Below are positions 25,455 through 37,516 of a stretch of DNA of 64,000 nucleotides, piece by piece. The notes under the pieces are model-generated. The model saw nothing but the letters and a program-made list of their open reading frames with translations. It did no database searches and was not told the origin of the DNA. How positions within the stretch are numbered: position 1 is the first letter of the stretch; every line of letters begins with the position of its first letter. The position numbers and the translations under genes were made by a program. Location of the stretch: assembly GCA_033442325.1 (NCBI GenBank), contig JAWQFM010000011.1, positions 1,075,162 to 1,139,161 on the forward strand, in the 5' to 3' direction. Source of the DNA: Salpingoeca rosetta. Lineage: Eukaryota > Protista > Choanoflagellata.

Positions 25455-28400
25455 ATGCCAGCCCATTGGCGACGCCATCCACCTTGTGGACGTTTCTCGC
25501 GATCCCTCATCAGCGTGCAGTTGCTGCTTGTTCTGCTCACCGTTTTTTCTGTCGCTGGAATCTTTCCTACCTCAGCCGAGGAGTTGGTGGACGGCCTCGT
25601 GTTTTGTCGCAACCGCGACCCCGCGTTTGCGGCGCCATGCGACGTTATTCGGCGTTCAAGAGCGAGCTGCGACATTGGATACAGATGTCTCATGTGCAAC
25701 AACCCACCCGCCAACCTCGTTGACGCATTTTGCGTTCCTGTCTGTGGAGACGGTATGGTTGTCGAGCGTGAATACAGCTGTGACGATGGTAACCTTGTTC
25801 CTGGTGACGGGTGTGATGAAAACTGCCATATTGAGACCGGTTGGGATTGTGATGTTGGTCCGCCGGGACCAACCAAGTGCACCATGCGTTGCGGTGACCG
25901 TTTCCGTGTTCACACTGCGCTAGCTCAAGAAGAATGCGACGACGGCAATCTTCGGGATGGTGACGGATGCTCAAGCACATGTACGATAGAGGAGGGCTAC
26001 ATGTGCATCGATCATGGACTGGTGAGCGTTTGCACAGGGATTTGCGGTGACGGACTCAAGGTCCCCGCCGACAGCTGTGATGACGGTAACTTTATCGATG
26101 GTGATGGCTGCTCATCAACTTGTGAAATCGAACCGGGCTGGAAATGTCCATTCTGTGACCCAGAACTGCTGAGAACGTCATGCTGCATTCCATGGTGTGG
26201 AGATGGACGCCTCGTGGCGAACGAACAATGTGACACAGACGTGGTACCTATCAAGCGATTCAACAAAGGTGGCTGTGACCGCAATTGCAAGCTGCGCATC
26301 GGGTGGTACTGTGAGGGCGAGCCAAGCGTCTGCACTACCGTGTGTGGCGATGGCATGTTTGCCAGAGAGCAAGGCTCCCCCGAGGAGTGCGACGACGGCA
26401 ACCTGATTGACGGCGATGGGTGCAGTTCCAACTGCGAGGTTGAGCGTGGGTACAAGTGTATCATTCATGCAGAAGCCCCGGACACATCCGACTGTACATC
26501 CTTTTGCGGCAACGGCATTATCCTGCCAAACGAGGAGTGCGACGATCGCAACAGACACCCAAATGACGGCTGTACACAGTGCACGGTCGACGAAGGATAT
26601 GTGTGCGAGGGCGAACCAAGTGAATGCAGGCGATTGCGGGACTGTGAACCAGGCTTGGGTCCAGATGGTGTCACTGCAGACATCACGGCAAAGCCAACCG
26701 GGTTTGACGTGCAGGTCCTTTGTCTGAGGCACACTGGCAACCGAGCACAGGGCGCGTCACTCCCATGTATCCCCATTGGAGCTCAACTGAATCCGGTCGT
26801 CACCGTCACAGCGACTGTTGGCTTGCAACTGCTGTGTCCAGGCTCCGACCCTATCAAGACCGCAGCGAGTGACGCAATTTACCTGCTGTGTCGTGGCGAT
26901 CTTAGCACCCTGCAAGTGTCTGCATCGGCTTCCGTTGTGCTTGATGGCCCGCGGCTCACGCTCAAGCAGCTTGCTAAGCGCACCGTTGCATCAAGCTTTG
27001 CTGGGCCAGTGGTGGCGATTGGTTCTATTGGACTCCTCGCATACGACGTCGTGCAGGACATTGTTGCTGCACTCGATGCTGTTGCTGCATTTCGGCAACG
27101 TATTCCGCAGCTACGTGCGTGCGCACAAGCAGCAGTGACTGCCGCTCAAGGAGATGTTGCCGATGCAATCTGCGAGGACCGCAATCACTTGCGCAGCGAC
27201 CTGCAGCAGTGTCTCAGCGGCATTTCACAGTACCTGTCATTTGACGTCCATCCTGGCTCTGATCGCCGACGCCGCCAGTCAGACCAGCCACGTCACGTGA
27301 AGGAGGAAGAACAGGCGACCCCTGTGTCACATGAGCGAGTGGTGCGCACGACACCCTCCTTCCGTTGGCCACCCGCCAAGGATGCACACGAGAGCAATGC
27401 ATATGACCCCGTCGTGCTTGCTTCTTTGCCGCTGAACTTGACGGTCAACAGCACGGGCGAAGGAAGCGATGTATTTGCTGTGGACGTTGGCGAGGGCGTG
27501 GCAGTAGCCGCAGGTCTGTGTCCCTCTCAGCTCACTTGGTTGGCAACACAGGCCCATCTCCAACGCTTCTGTCTGTGCACGGCAAATGCGAAGAACTGCT
27601 CCATCTGGAATTCCTTGCTTGGTTCAGATGGCCAGTTTCTGCACAGCGATGAGGGCACGTGCCTTCCTGCGCTCTGCGGTCCCGCTACTTCTCTGCCAGT
27701 CACCGGCTTTGCGAACGATTCAACCAACACAACATTCATCAACGAAACCACGACGGCAACAACACCCACGCCCACAACAACGCCTGCAAACGCATCAGAA
27801 CAGGAAACATTGCTTGTGCCTGTTTGGCAGCCCTTTGCTGCATTCTCTCAGCAAGACGCAATGCACACGGTCGCAAGCGTTGCCGCCGCGGCAAACGTGA
27901 GTGCAACACGCGTTCGCATCGTTGACATTCGTCCAGTGCACACAGAGACTACTGAAGAACACGTCTTACTTCTCGTCTACGTTTCTGGAGATGAGAGTGG
28001 TAACGCAACTCGGCGAGTGCTCGAGGCGGACAGTTTGCAGGCAAGAATTGCAGCACCAACGACAACGACAACGACAACGACAACAGTCGCAGCAACAACC
28101 ACGACGACAACAACAACAACAACATCCATGCCCCTGCCACCACCGCCAAGCTCGTCTTCCACAAAGAGTGCGGCAGGGCCTGAGCCATTGACTACCCGTG
28201 ACCAATCACAGGAACCACGAGCCACAACCTCATCAGCAACCATGCGAACAGCGCCGTCCTCCACAGCAACGAACGCCAATCACGAAACTTCCCCACAGGC
28301 ATCATTGCCAAACTTTTTCACCATCGTCAGCACCACCACCACAACAGCACACATCACCACAGCCAAAGATGTTGAGGAGGCCAGCAGCAGCACGGAGCGG

Positions 28401-28619
28401 TTGACAACAAGAGCACTGGCAGGAATAATTGCCGGTGCCGTCTGCGGCGTTGTGGTACTTGCTGTCATAGCCGTGAAATGTCATGCAAAGAAGCGTGCGC
28501 GTTTGAGCCCTGCAGAGCAGAGCGACTGCACGAACCCCCAGCGCAGAGAACTGGCGACTCTGGAGGGATTTGACATTGGCGACGTTCAGGAGAACACGAC
28601 AGCTCTGTCAGAGATCTGA
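25455..28619 (+). CDS. Intronless type I membrane protein: signal peptide, 6 Myxococcus-type cysteine-rich repeats (CGDG..CDDGN..DGC; DUF4215/pappalysin-like), Thr/Ser mucin stalk, one TM, short tail
   Basis: Single ORF; first true ATG at 25455 (MPAHWRR..VQLLLVLLTVFSVAG); repeats such as CGDGLKVPADSCDDGNFIDGDGCSSTCEIEPGWKC; poly-T stalk; TM ALAGIIAGAVCGVVVLAVIAV followed by KCHAKKR. Confidence 0.9.
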   Translation: MPAHWRRHPPCGRFSRSLISVQLLLVLLTVFSVAGIFPTSAEELVDGLVFCRNRDPAFAAPCDVIRRSRASCDIGYRCLMCNNPPANLVDAFCVPVCGDGMVVEREYSCDDGNLVPGDGCDENCHIETGWDCDVGPPGPTKCTMRCGDRFRVHTALAQEECDDGNLRDGDGCSSTCTIEEGYMCIDHGLVSVCTGICGDGLKVPADSCDDGNFIDGDGCSSTCEIEPGWKCPFCDPELLRTSCCIPWCGDGRLVANEQCDTDVVPIKRFNKGGCDRNCKLRIGWYCEGEPSVCTTVCGDGMFAREQGSPEECDDGNLIDGDGCSSNCEVERGYKCIIHAEAPDTSDCTSFCGNGIILPNEECDDRNRHPNDGCTQCTVDEGYVCEGEPSECRRLRDCEPGLGPDGVTADITAKPTGFDVQVLCLRHTGNRAQGASLPCIPIGAQLNPVVTVTATVGLQLLCPGSDPIKTAASDAIYLLCRGDLSTLQVSASASVVLDGPRLTLKQLAKRTVASSFAGPVVAIGSIGLLAYDVVQDIVAALDAVAAFRQRIPQLRACAQAAVTAAQGDVADAICEDRNHLRSDLQQCLSGISQYLSFDVHPGSDRRRRQSDQPRHVKEEEQATPVSHERVVRTTPSFRWPPAKDAHESNAYDPVVLASLPLNLTVNSTGEGSDVFAVDVGEGVAVAAGLCPSQLTWLATQAHLQRFCLCTANAKNCSIWNSLLGSDGQFLHSDEGTCLPALCGPATSLPVTGFANDSTNTTFINETTTATTPTPTTTPANASEQETLLVPVWQPFAAFSQQDAMHTVASVAAAANVSATRVRIVDIRPVHTETTEEHVLLLVYVSGDESGNATRRVLEADSLQARIAAPTTTTTTTTTVAATTTTTTTTTTSMPLPPPPSSSSTKSAAGPEPLTTRDQSQEPRATTSSATMRTAPSSTATNANHETSPQASLPNFFTIVSTTTTTAHITTAKDVEEASSSTERLTTRALAGIIAGAVCGVVVLAVIAVKCHAKKRARLSPAEQSDCTNPQRRELATLEGFDIGDVQENTTALSEI

Positions 28620-28783
28620 AAACACGTCAAGCAAGGCATCCTCCCCACTTTTCCTTCAGTGACTTCATTTTGCTTCTTCATGATGTCCTGATTGTTCCTT
28701 CGTTTATCCCTTGCGTTCACGTTGTTACAACAATACATTAACTTCAGCTACCCCTACTCCCCTGCTCCTCTGCCCAAGCACGT

Positions 28784-31700
28784 TCATCCTGATAAAGAGC
28801 GCAGCAGCCGGGCTGCGTTGTGTGTTGTGAGCTCCCCTTGCAGCACTCGTCTGTCACCCAATGCAACAGTCAGCTTCACAACCTCGCTGTCTGATGCATC
28901 TCCTTCACCGCCACGTGGTTGCTGTTGTTTGCTGTTCCGGCCGTCAACACTGGCATCATCGCCACCATTTTCGTGCTTGCGGGCAACCTTCTTCACGGCC
29001 AGCGTGAGTGCACCACGCACTGCCGTGCCTGCGGTGGCATGTGCCCGCGTAGCCTGCACGTGTATTGCGAGGCCGCTTCGTTGCAGTGTTGCCATCATGG
29101 TTGCTGTGGTGGGCATGGTGTTTTCCTCCCACGTCACTGCGTCTCGCACGTGCATCGCCAACAGCTCATATACCTCGCCATCACCACGGCGTGCAGTCAG
29201 CACCACCCGTCCCGAGCAATCCCACCACAGCAGCACATTGTGTAACGCGGGCGTCTCAGCCACAAGCGTTGCGTTCACAAGTGTTGCGTGCGCAGGGCAT
29301 GTGGTTGCCGATGAGAGCCAGGGCGAAGACAGCATTGCCAGCCACAACGACAGCAGCCCATGTCTGCCCATGAACATGTTTATGTGTGTGTGTGTGTGGG
29401 GGGGGGGGGAAATAAGTGAGAAAATGAGAAAGCGGCAAGCAAGGGGGAGGAAGGAAGGAAATGCACTAACATGGCACGTGGCGATTGTGAGTTGCACTTT
29501 GCCCGACACTGACAGCGATATGATCAGCGACCGTATCACAACACGCCAACAAATCAGCATACAACACAGACCTGCCCCTTCCTCCACCTCCCCCCTCCTG
29601 TCTCCTCCTCACCTGTCCCCCAGGCGCGCTTGCGGGGACGCCAGGACCGCTGCTCCATGAACGGCACGCGGGCGGTCGGTGGGGAAGAGGGTGGCAATGC
29701 CGCGCGATGTTGATTCAACGAGACCAAACGTGCCCTCTAGGGGCTTCGTTACCAAACCAACAACGCCTCGCCCAAAACCAGCAAGCACGCCAGACACCCT
29801 GTGCACAGCATACACATGTGGAAGACGCTCTTAGTCAGCTTGCACCAGGGGAGAGAGGAACGCATGCCAAACACACCTGCCAGGCGAACACACACACACA
29901 CACACACACAAGCTTACACTCAATCCCAGCTCACTCTTGAAGACTCAAGTACGCACACACTTGCAGACTCAAGTACACACACACACACACTAATACACAC
30001 ACTAATACACACACATACACACACACACACACAAACACAGAGCAAATGTACGAATACCACATTTAGCATTCATGCTCATCTACAAACGTACGAAGCTTGG
30101 TCAGAGATTGAGGCTCGAATGGGCTGGTCAGCCAGACCGGCAATGCCTGCAAGCAAACCCATGCCAAATCCTTGTGCCCCATGCAGCAGGTGACGCCCAA
30201 GCGACTCCTGCTGTGACTGCCAAGCAACCCGTCGCTCTTGCCTGACCGCGCATGAAGAATGAAGGCGTGCGTCAGAAATCAGTCGATATGCGGACATTCA
30301 CATGCTCTACACGCAGACAGAGAAACAACGCTCAACCCAGAAGTAAAACAAGCACAAACACTCATGGCCCACCACATGACACTCCACACTCCACAACACG
30401 GGCACACAGACACACAAACAAACAAACAAACAAACAAACAGACAAACAAACAAACAAACAAACAGACACACACACACACACACACACACAAACAAACAAA
30501 CAAACAAACAGACACACACAGACAGACAGACAGACAGACACACACGCCACAAAATACACACACACACAGCCAGGCTCACCCCAATCGCTGGTGGTGCTCA
30601 TCCATGGTCATGCGTCCGATGTTTCGGCCAACGCTCTTGGCCGCTGTCTCCACAGACGTGAGCAGTGAAGTTGCTGTCTGTGCCAGCAAGTGCTGCGATG
30701 CCACCGCCACGCGTCCAGCGCGCCCGCCTCGCGTGTACGCGCTTGCGGATGCCGATGAAGACGGCGACTGGGTAGGCAGAGTGCCGTTGCCGTGTCGTGG
30801 CGCGGGTCCCAGCGCGGCCTCCAGGAGACCCCCAAATGCTCCAAACACACGGCGAATGCCAGTTGCAGGGCTGCCCAACAGACCCAGGGAGCCAACCACC
30901 CACCCGGCTTGCTTCACTGCCTGCCCTTGGTAGTGGCGCGCCACAGACTCGGCGAGTGCGCGGCTGTCAACGTGTCCTACGCTCTCCGCATCCAAACGTG
31001 GCAGGTGCAGCACCGCGCGATCAAGGCTGAGGAAGAGAAAGGCCGAGGCGTGCGCCGTAATCTCTGCGTGCACAGCGTCAATGTGCAGTTGCTGGATGGA
31101 CACTGCACGCGGTGGCGCAACCAGCAGGAGCGGCAGCGATCCATCTTTCTTCCACAACGACGACCACGACGAATGCGATGATGATGACGGCGACGAGGAT
31201 GTTGTGCTCACATTGTCACTGGGTGTTGTTGTGCCGGGCAAGTTTTCTGGAGGCCGCACATGCGATGAGGACGCCAGCTCGTTGCTGCTCCCCGTGTTGG
31301 CGATGCGGGAAAGCGCAGGAAGGAATGCCCGACCCATGCCAATCACCGCATATAAGAAGGCGTCTTCAACGAAGGCCTCCACGCTGCCGAGCCCAACAGC
31401 AATCTCCCGCAGCGCGTGGACGCCAAATCCATCCATGATCACGGCGCGCATGTACAAATTTCCGTGCATGGCGCTTCCTGAACCATGCGTTGCGGACGCC
31501 TTTGACGACCCCGATGACGATGACGATGACGATGATGACGGTGATGACGATGCAGCCACATGCCGCCCACAGCAGTGCAGGACACGCGAAAACTCAAGCG
31601 CAGGGTGGGGTGGCGTGTCAATGCGCAGCTCACGTGCACTCAGGACCACAGGTACGACGCCAGCGCACAGAATGTACGGGTTGGCGCTCGGGCCGTGGCG

Positions 31701-32894
31701 CACAGACAGGCGAATGTCTTCCACGGACAATACGAGGCATTGCACCAGCGGAGTTGTTGGTCGAGGCGACAGCGGAGGTTGGTGCGATCCAGCGTGCCGC
31801 TGCCGTTGATGTTCTCGTTCTTGTTCTTGTCGTAGCCCGGCATGGGCAGCCGCGGGTGTGCTGTGAGCCTCAGGATCTGTTTGTATCCGCAGGCGAAAGA
31901 TCTCCACGCGTGTGTGGAGCGATACGTGCAGTGGCAGCGTTGGTGGCGGCGGTGCAACAACACCGGCAGCAAGAAGTGACGTCGCTGTCGCTGTCGCTTG
32001 GCCGAGCATGGATGAAGATGACGCTGATGTCGACAAGGAAGACAGCACCACTACACGTGAGCTCCCCTTCAAGAATTGCCGGACACGCACACCAGCGTTG
32101 GTGGTGTCGTCGCTGCCATCACTCACGCTATGCCGACTGACGCTCCTCGCAGCAGCAGCAGCAGCAGAAGCTTGAAGTTGCATTCGTTCACGCTTTGAGA
32201 AGAGATGGCCGTGAAACGCACATTCGCTCATCCCACATGCAGACAGCGCAGCCGCCGTGTACTTGAAGTCCCATGCAGCCAGTGTTGGGGTCATGGGGTT
32301 TGCTGGTGACGGCACAGAGGGCATGTCTGCTCTTGTTGCTGGCGACAACGATGACAACAACGACGAGGACGATGACGATGATGTGACGATGAGAAGAAGC
32401 GATGGTGGTGAAGAAGAGGCCAGACCACAGTCATCGGCCAACAGCTGTGCGAGGTGCAACGGTGAAGCCAGTGACCGCAGCAGGTACCACGGCTGTGGCA
32501 ATGGGTGCTCGTATTGAGGTTTGCGCTGGTATACCTCCTCAACAGGCTGCTGCCTTCGGCTCTTCGCCTCGCCATTTCCTGTATCACGCACTCGATTTTC
32601 TGCTGCACCACCCATCTCACCGTCTGCTGCATCACCCTCTTGTTCCTGTTGGTTCATCCTCGGCTGCCTGCGCTGCTCATCCTGCAGCCACTGCTTGAGA
32701 GCAGAGAGGTGCGAGGCCACACCGGCTCGGCGTGAAATACACACAAACGCGTCAGAGGGGAGCAGGTTGCTGATAGACACGAGAAACTCGCTGCTGTTCT
32801 CCAGTCGCACAATCAGTGGAACGTCGCCGCCTTCTCCTTGTTGGACGTGTGCACGCACGGGTACGGCCTCATCGCACACCACGTCCAACTCTCG

Positions 32895-32973
<79 letters not shown>

Positions 32974-35900
32974 GATGGTGGTGTTGTCGTTCGCACGGGT
33001 TCCTCTGCTGTCGTGGCTGCTGCTGTCGTGCGCATATCACAAGCACGAAGCGTAAACGTCTGCACATTGCTGCGAATGGATTTCGACAACGACGACGATG
33101 ACGACGACGACGGTGTGCTGGACGAAGAGGAGGAGGAGGAGGAGGAGGAGGAGGAAGGCTGGCCCAGTGGCAGCATCGGCGCTTCAAGTAGACGGAAGGA
33201 AGGTTCAACCCCATACACATACAATGACGACTTGGGGTGCACGCGTGCGACGTGCGACCGATTGCTGCTGCCTGCGTGGTGTCGTGTTGCGCAGCGAACG
33301 TCAAGCGGACGGTCTAACAAGTTGTCCAGTCGGCCTGTTGGCCACACGTGCACGGAGATGTGTGATGCTTTGCGCTGTCAAATCAAACAAGCACACCACA
33401 AGCACCAGCGTGAGTGAAGGGGGGGGGGGAGGCGAAAGTACACCAATTCTGAATGCAGCCAGACTGATGGCCAGGCAAGCAATGTACCACAACACACACA
33501 CACACAGACACAGACACACAGACACGCACCGACACACACTCACACACACACACACACGAGCACGTGGAAATGGTCTTTCACCTCTGCAGAAACGCAAAGG
33601 CGGTGGCGAGAAGCACTCGGCACAAAAGTCTTGCCGTTGGTGACACCATCAGCATTGCTGCCATCACCACTGGCAAACAGCGCCACAGTTGACCACACCC
33701 GGTGCGCATCCAGAGCAGGCACTTCGCATTCTCCAACCCAACGGGGATCGCAGCTGCCACCCTCCCCACCATCACCATCATCATCATGGGGGTGAGTGCG
33801 CAGCCAGATGCGCAGGCGCAGGTGCTGCGAACGGATGGGAATCGGTGGCCCACGTGCGAGCACGTGATGTGGCGTGGTGGCGTTTGCGTCCACTGTCATG
33901 ACGATTGACGATGTGATACCAACACTGTCGACTCCGACCACGTTGTTGTCAGCAGCACCGATGCCACCACCACCGCCAGTGAACAGAAGCTCGAGCGTGA
34001 TACAGCGGTCCGTGTTGTTCTTCACATCAAATCCATCGCTAACACAGAGGATGGAAGCAGCAGCAGAAGGACACGCCGCTGCCAATGATGAGGATGGTGG
34101 TGGTGATGAAGGCCAAGCGTTCTCGTGTGCGTCACGATTGGTGAGCCCATTGTCGTTGTTCGCGCCAACCGCCGCGTCTTTGTCTGAATAGCGCACAGCA
34201 AGAACAGGGCCGTGACAGTCCCGAGTAGATGCAGATGTGGCTGCAGCTGTCGGTTCTGTCGCTGTAACGAGAAAGCAGTGGTTTGGATGTGCTGTGATGG
34301 TGGCCATCTGGCGTGCAGACATCACAATCGAGCACCCATCAGGTGCACATCCAACTCTGCCGGGTGCAATCCTCATCGCAGGTTCGTGGTCGCCGCCACC
34401 ATGATGTGCAATGAGACACGAGGAGGTTAGCACTGGCGTCACAGTCTGCGCCGGGCAGACGACGGCGGGGCGAGCAGGTGTTGCGAACAGCTCGATCGCG
34501 TGCGATGACAATGCATTACGCACACTCAGCATGGGCAGTAGCTGGAGCGACACAACACCCTGCACGATATCAACAACTGCCTGACAAGAGAGGCCTGCCG
34601 CAAGTGGTATGTGCTGTCTCGTACCTCGTGGCACCTTCAAGCTCACCACCGTGCACATGGGTGCAGAGTGCATGTCCTGACTCTCGAAATTGTCAGCAAG
34701 AGTGCCTTCCTCTCCGCCCGGTGACACGGGCGCATGTAGCGAAACACTGGCGCTGACCACCTCTGCACCCGCTGACAGCAGCAGAGATGTGTGGTCTGTG
34801 CTGGCGGGAATGGTGAGGGCGTGGTGGGTCTGAAACCGCACGTTTCCTCCCTCTGCTGTTGGCGGTGACGCAGCACACACATGCACGCACACCCCCATGG
34901 GCAGCGCACTGTGCACGCGCAGCTGTCCACTCAGCCTCCAAAGCGTCGCGTTCCCATCGCAGGCACCATCACCACCACTATCGTCACCACCACTGGCATC
35001 ATCATTTGCCACATTGTCGTTGGCATCAGTTTCTTCGGGCAAGGCGGTGCCATGCCGTCGGCTCGGTGAGCGATGGAGCCAGGCGGAACATGCACCTTGC
35101 TCGGAGTTGCCCTCGTTCACGGCGCAGCCTGCTGTTTCATGCGATGGCTGGAGCGAAATGGACAGGGGCGAGTTGTGCGTGCGCGTACGCATGTCCACCA
35201 GCGTCCAATGCGGCACTCGAAGCGCACGTGCTGTCGTGACCATGGTGGCTGCTGCCACCATCATGCCATCATCATCGCCGCCATCATGCACAACAGGCGC
35301 TGCAGCCGCGACGACAGCAAATTGGCGTGCACGCGCCACAATGTCGAGTGGGAAATGCTGTCCCGCCAACACACGAAATGCCGGCCGATCATCCGCGCTG
35401 TCGTGGTGATTACTGTGGTTCGTGTTGCCTGTTTGTGCTGCAACAGGTGGTGCAGTGATCCACAAATCAGTCGTAGTCGTATTGTGTAACACGTGTTGCC
35501 ACAATTGCGGCAAACATCGCTTCTCTTGATGCCGCTCCTGCTGTTGTTGTTGCTGCTGCGCTGCCTGTGTTGACACGCGGTGTGCAGTTGCGCTTGCTTT
35601 CGTGATGAAGTGAACGTGAGCAAGCATGCGCTGCAGATCATCGAGGCATTGTGGCGTGAGTGTGGCGTCCACAACAGGTGCGTCAACATTCAACCGCAGC
35701 TTCGGTGGCGCAGGCTGAGCATCGCTGGTGCTGCTGTTGGTGTTGTTGCGTGAGGAAGCACTGGCCTGCGTACCTCGCGCTCTTGCGGTCATCGTGAGCA
35801 CGCGCGTGTGCGGCTGCTCAGCAAGATGGGGAAAATGCACGAGCGACACCTCCACTTCTGCAGCCACAAACAGGCGTGGTGGACGCGGGTGCACTTCACC

Positions 35901-37479
35901 TATACCCGCTGGCGGTGTTGGTACTGCGGCTGCTTGCGATGCTGCAGCTGACACGCTGGCCTTTGCAGAGGGGAGTTGCAGCTGGAAGATTGGGCGGCAT
36001 GCTGTTGGACTGAGCCACGCAGTCGTCTTGAAACACGCAGCGTTGCGTGGTTGGTGCTGGTTGAACATAGTGCGAGGTGTGAGCAGTGCCAGCGTGGTGG
36101 AGGCGAGCTCGGTGGTCATGGTGAAGCGGCATTGCTCCTCTGGGCAGGGCACGGACGACAGCCAGACTGCAGCCAGCAACTGCGTCGAGTCCTCGCCTGT
36201 GCGCGCACCACCTTGCCAGGACAGCTGCACGCATTGGGCCCGGTCACACAAGCAGACAAGGCGTGAACAAAGTGGAGAAGCGAGGAATCAGTCACCAAGG
36301 GAAGACAAGTTGGGAGGCGAGCAAGCTGGCAGTATGGCAGGTACACAACCAAGCAGAAAGGTCGACAGGCAGACAGACAGACAGACACACACACACATTG
36401 ACACACACATGCAAACACACACACACATGCAGACGCAACAGTTGGCACGTCGTAGCATCTACGCATTTATGCTGATATTGCTGTTGTTGGTATCGTTGTT
36501 AAGTTACCTTCCAAATTCTGGCTGTGGGGGCCGTTTGAGGCAGCACGATTTCAGTTTCATCAGCGACATTCAAGTGAATGACGCGAGCAACAACATACGC
36601 TGCGTCCACCTGTGTTATTGGAGAGGGGAAGGAGAGACGGGGGAGGGGAGGGAATGAGGGAGGGAGGTCGCTGTGTCAGTTGTGTCGTGGAGTTTGCACA
36701 CCGTCCAAAGCAAAACAGACACAGAGTGCGCGCACACACAGACACACACAGGCACATGCACAGAGAATGTGCACAGACAGACACATAACACAGACACAGG
36801 CAAACAGACAGACAGACAGACAGACAGACACACACACACACACACACACACAGAGAGATAGACGCTCAAACGCACCGGGTCCCAGCAGGACAGTACGCAC
36901 TGCCGCTGCGCATTTGAAGTTGAGTCATCGAGAGCGAGGAGTGGCAGTGGGCGAACGAGCACACGCGAAACGCGGCGTGGTTGGAAGTATCGCCACAGCA
37001 CTGCAGGTGGGAGGAGAAGAAGAGATTGGATGGATGGTGAGGAAGAGTGCATTCACACCATCAGCGCATGCAACACACACGCTCGCGCGCACACACAACA
37101 TGCATACAGGTGCAAACTCATGGCACATCCCCCACACATAGCTCCACCGCAGTAGGTTGTACTCACAGCTGTGTGCAGTGGCCACCATTGTTCCGGCGTC
37201 GATAACAAGAGGATCGTGCATGTCAGCGTCAGTCTCATGTGGGCGAGAAACTGTGACCAGGCGCCCCATCTGCAAATCGCAGCGATGGCATGAGCAACGG
37301 ATGCAGGTGCATGGGATAGGAAGGACCAAAACGCGGCATGGGGGCTTGCGTAGTGGGGCAAAGGTGCATGTCCGCCAGTACGCACACACTCATGCACCCA
37401 ACGCAGGCGCACGCATTCTTGCATGCACACACACAGACACACACACACACACGCACGCGCACACACAGACCCATTCACA

Positions 37480-37516
<37 letters not shown>

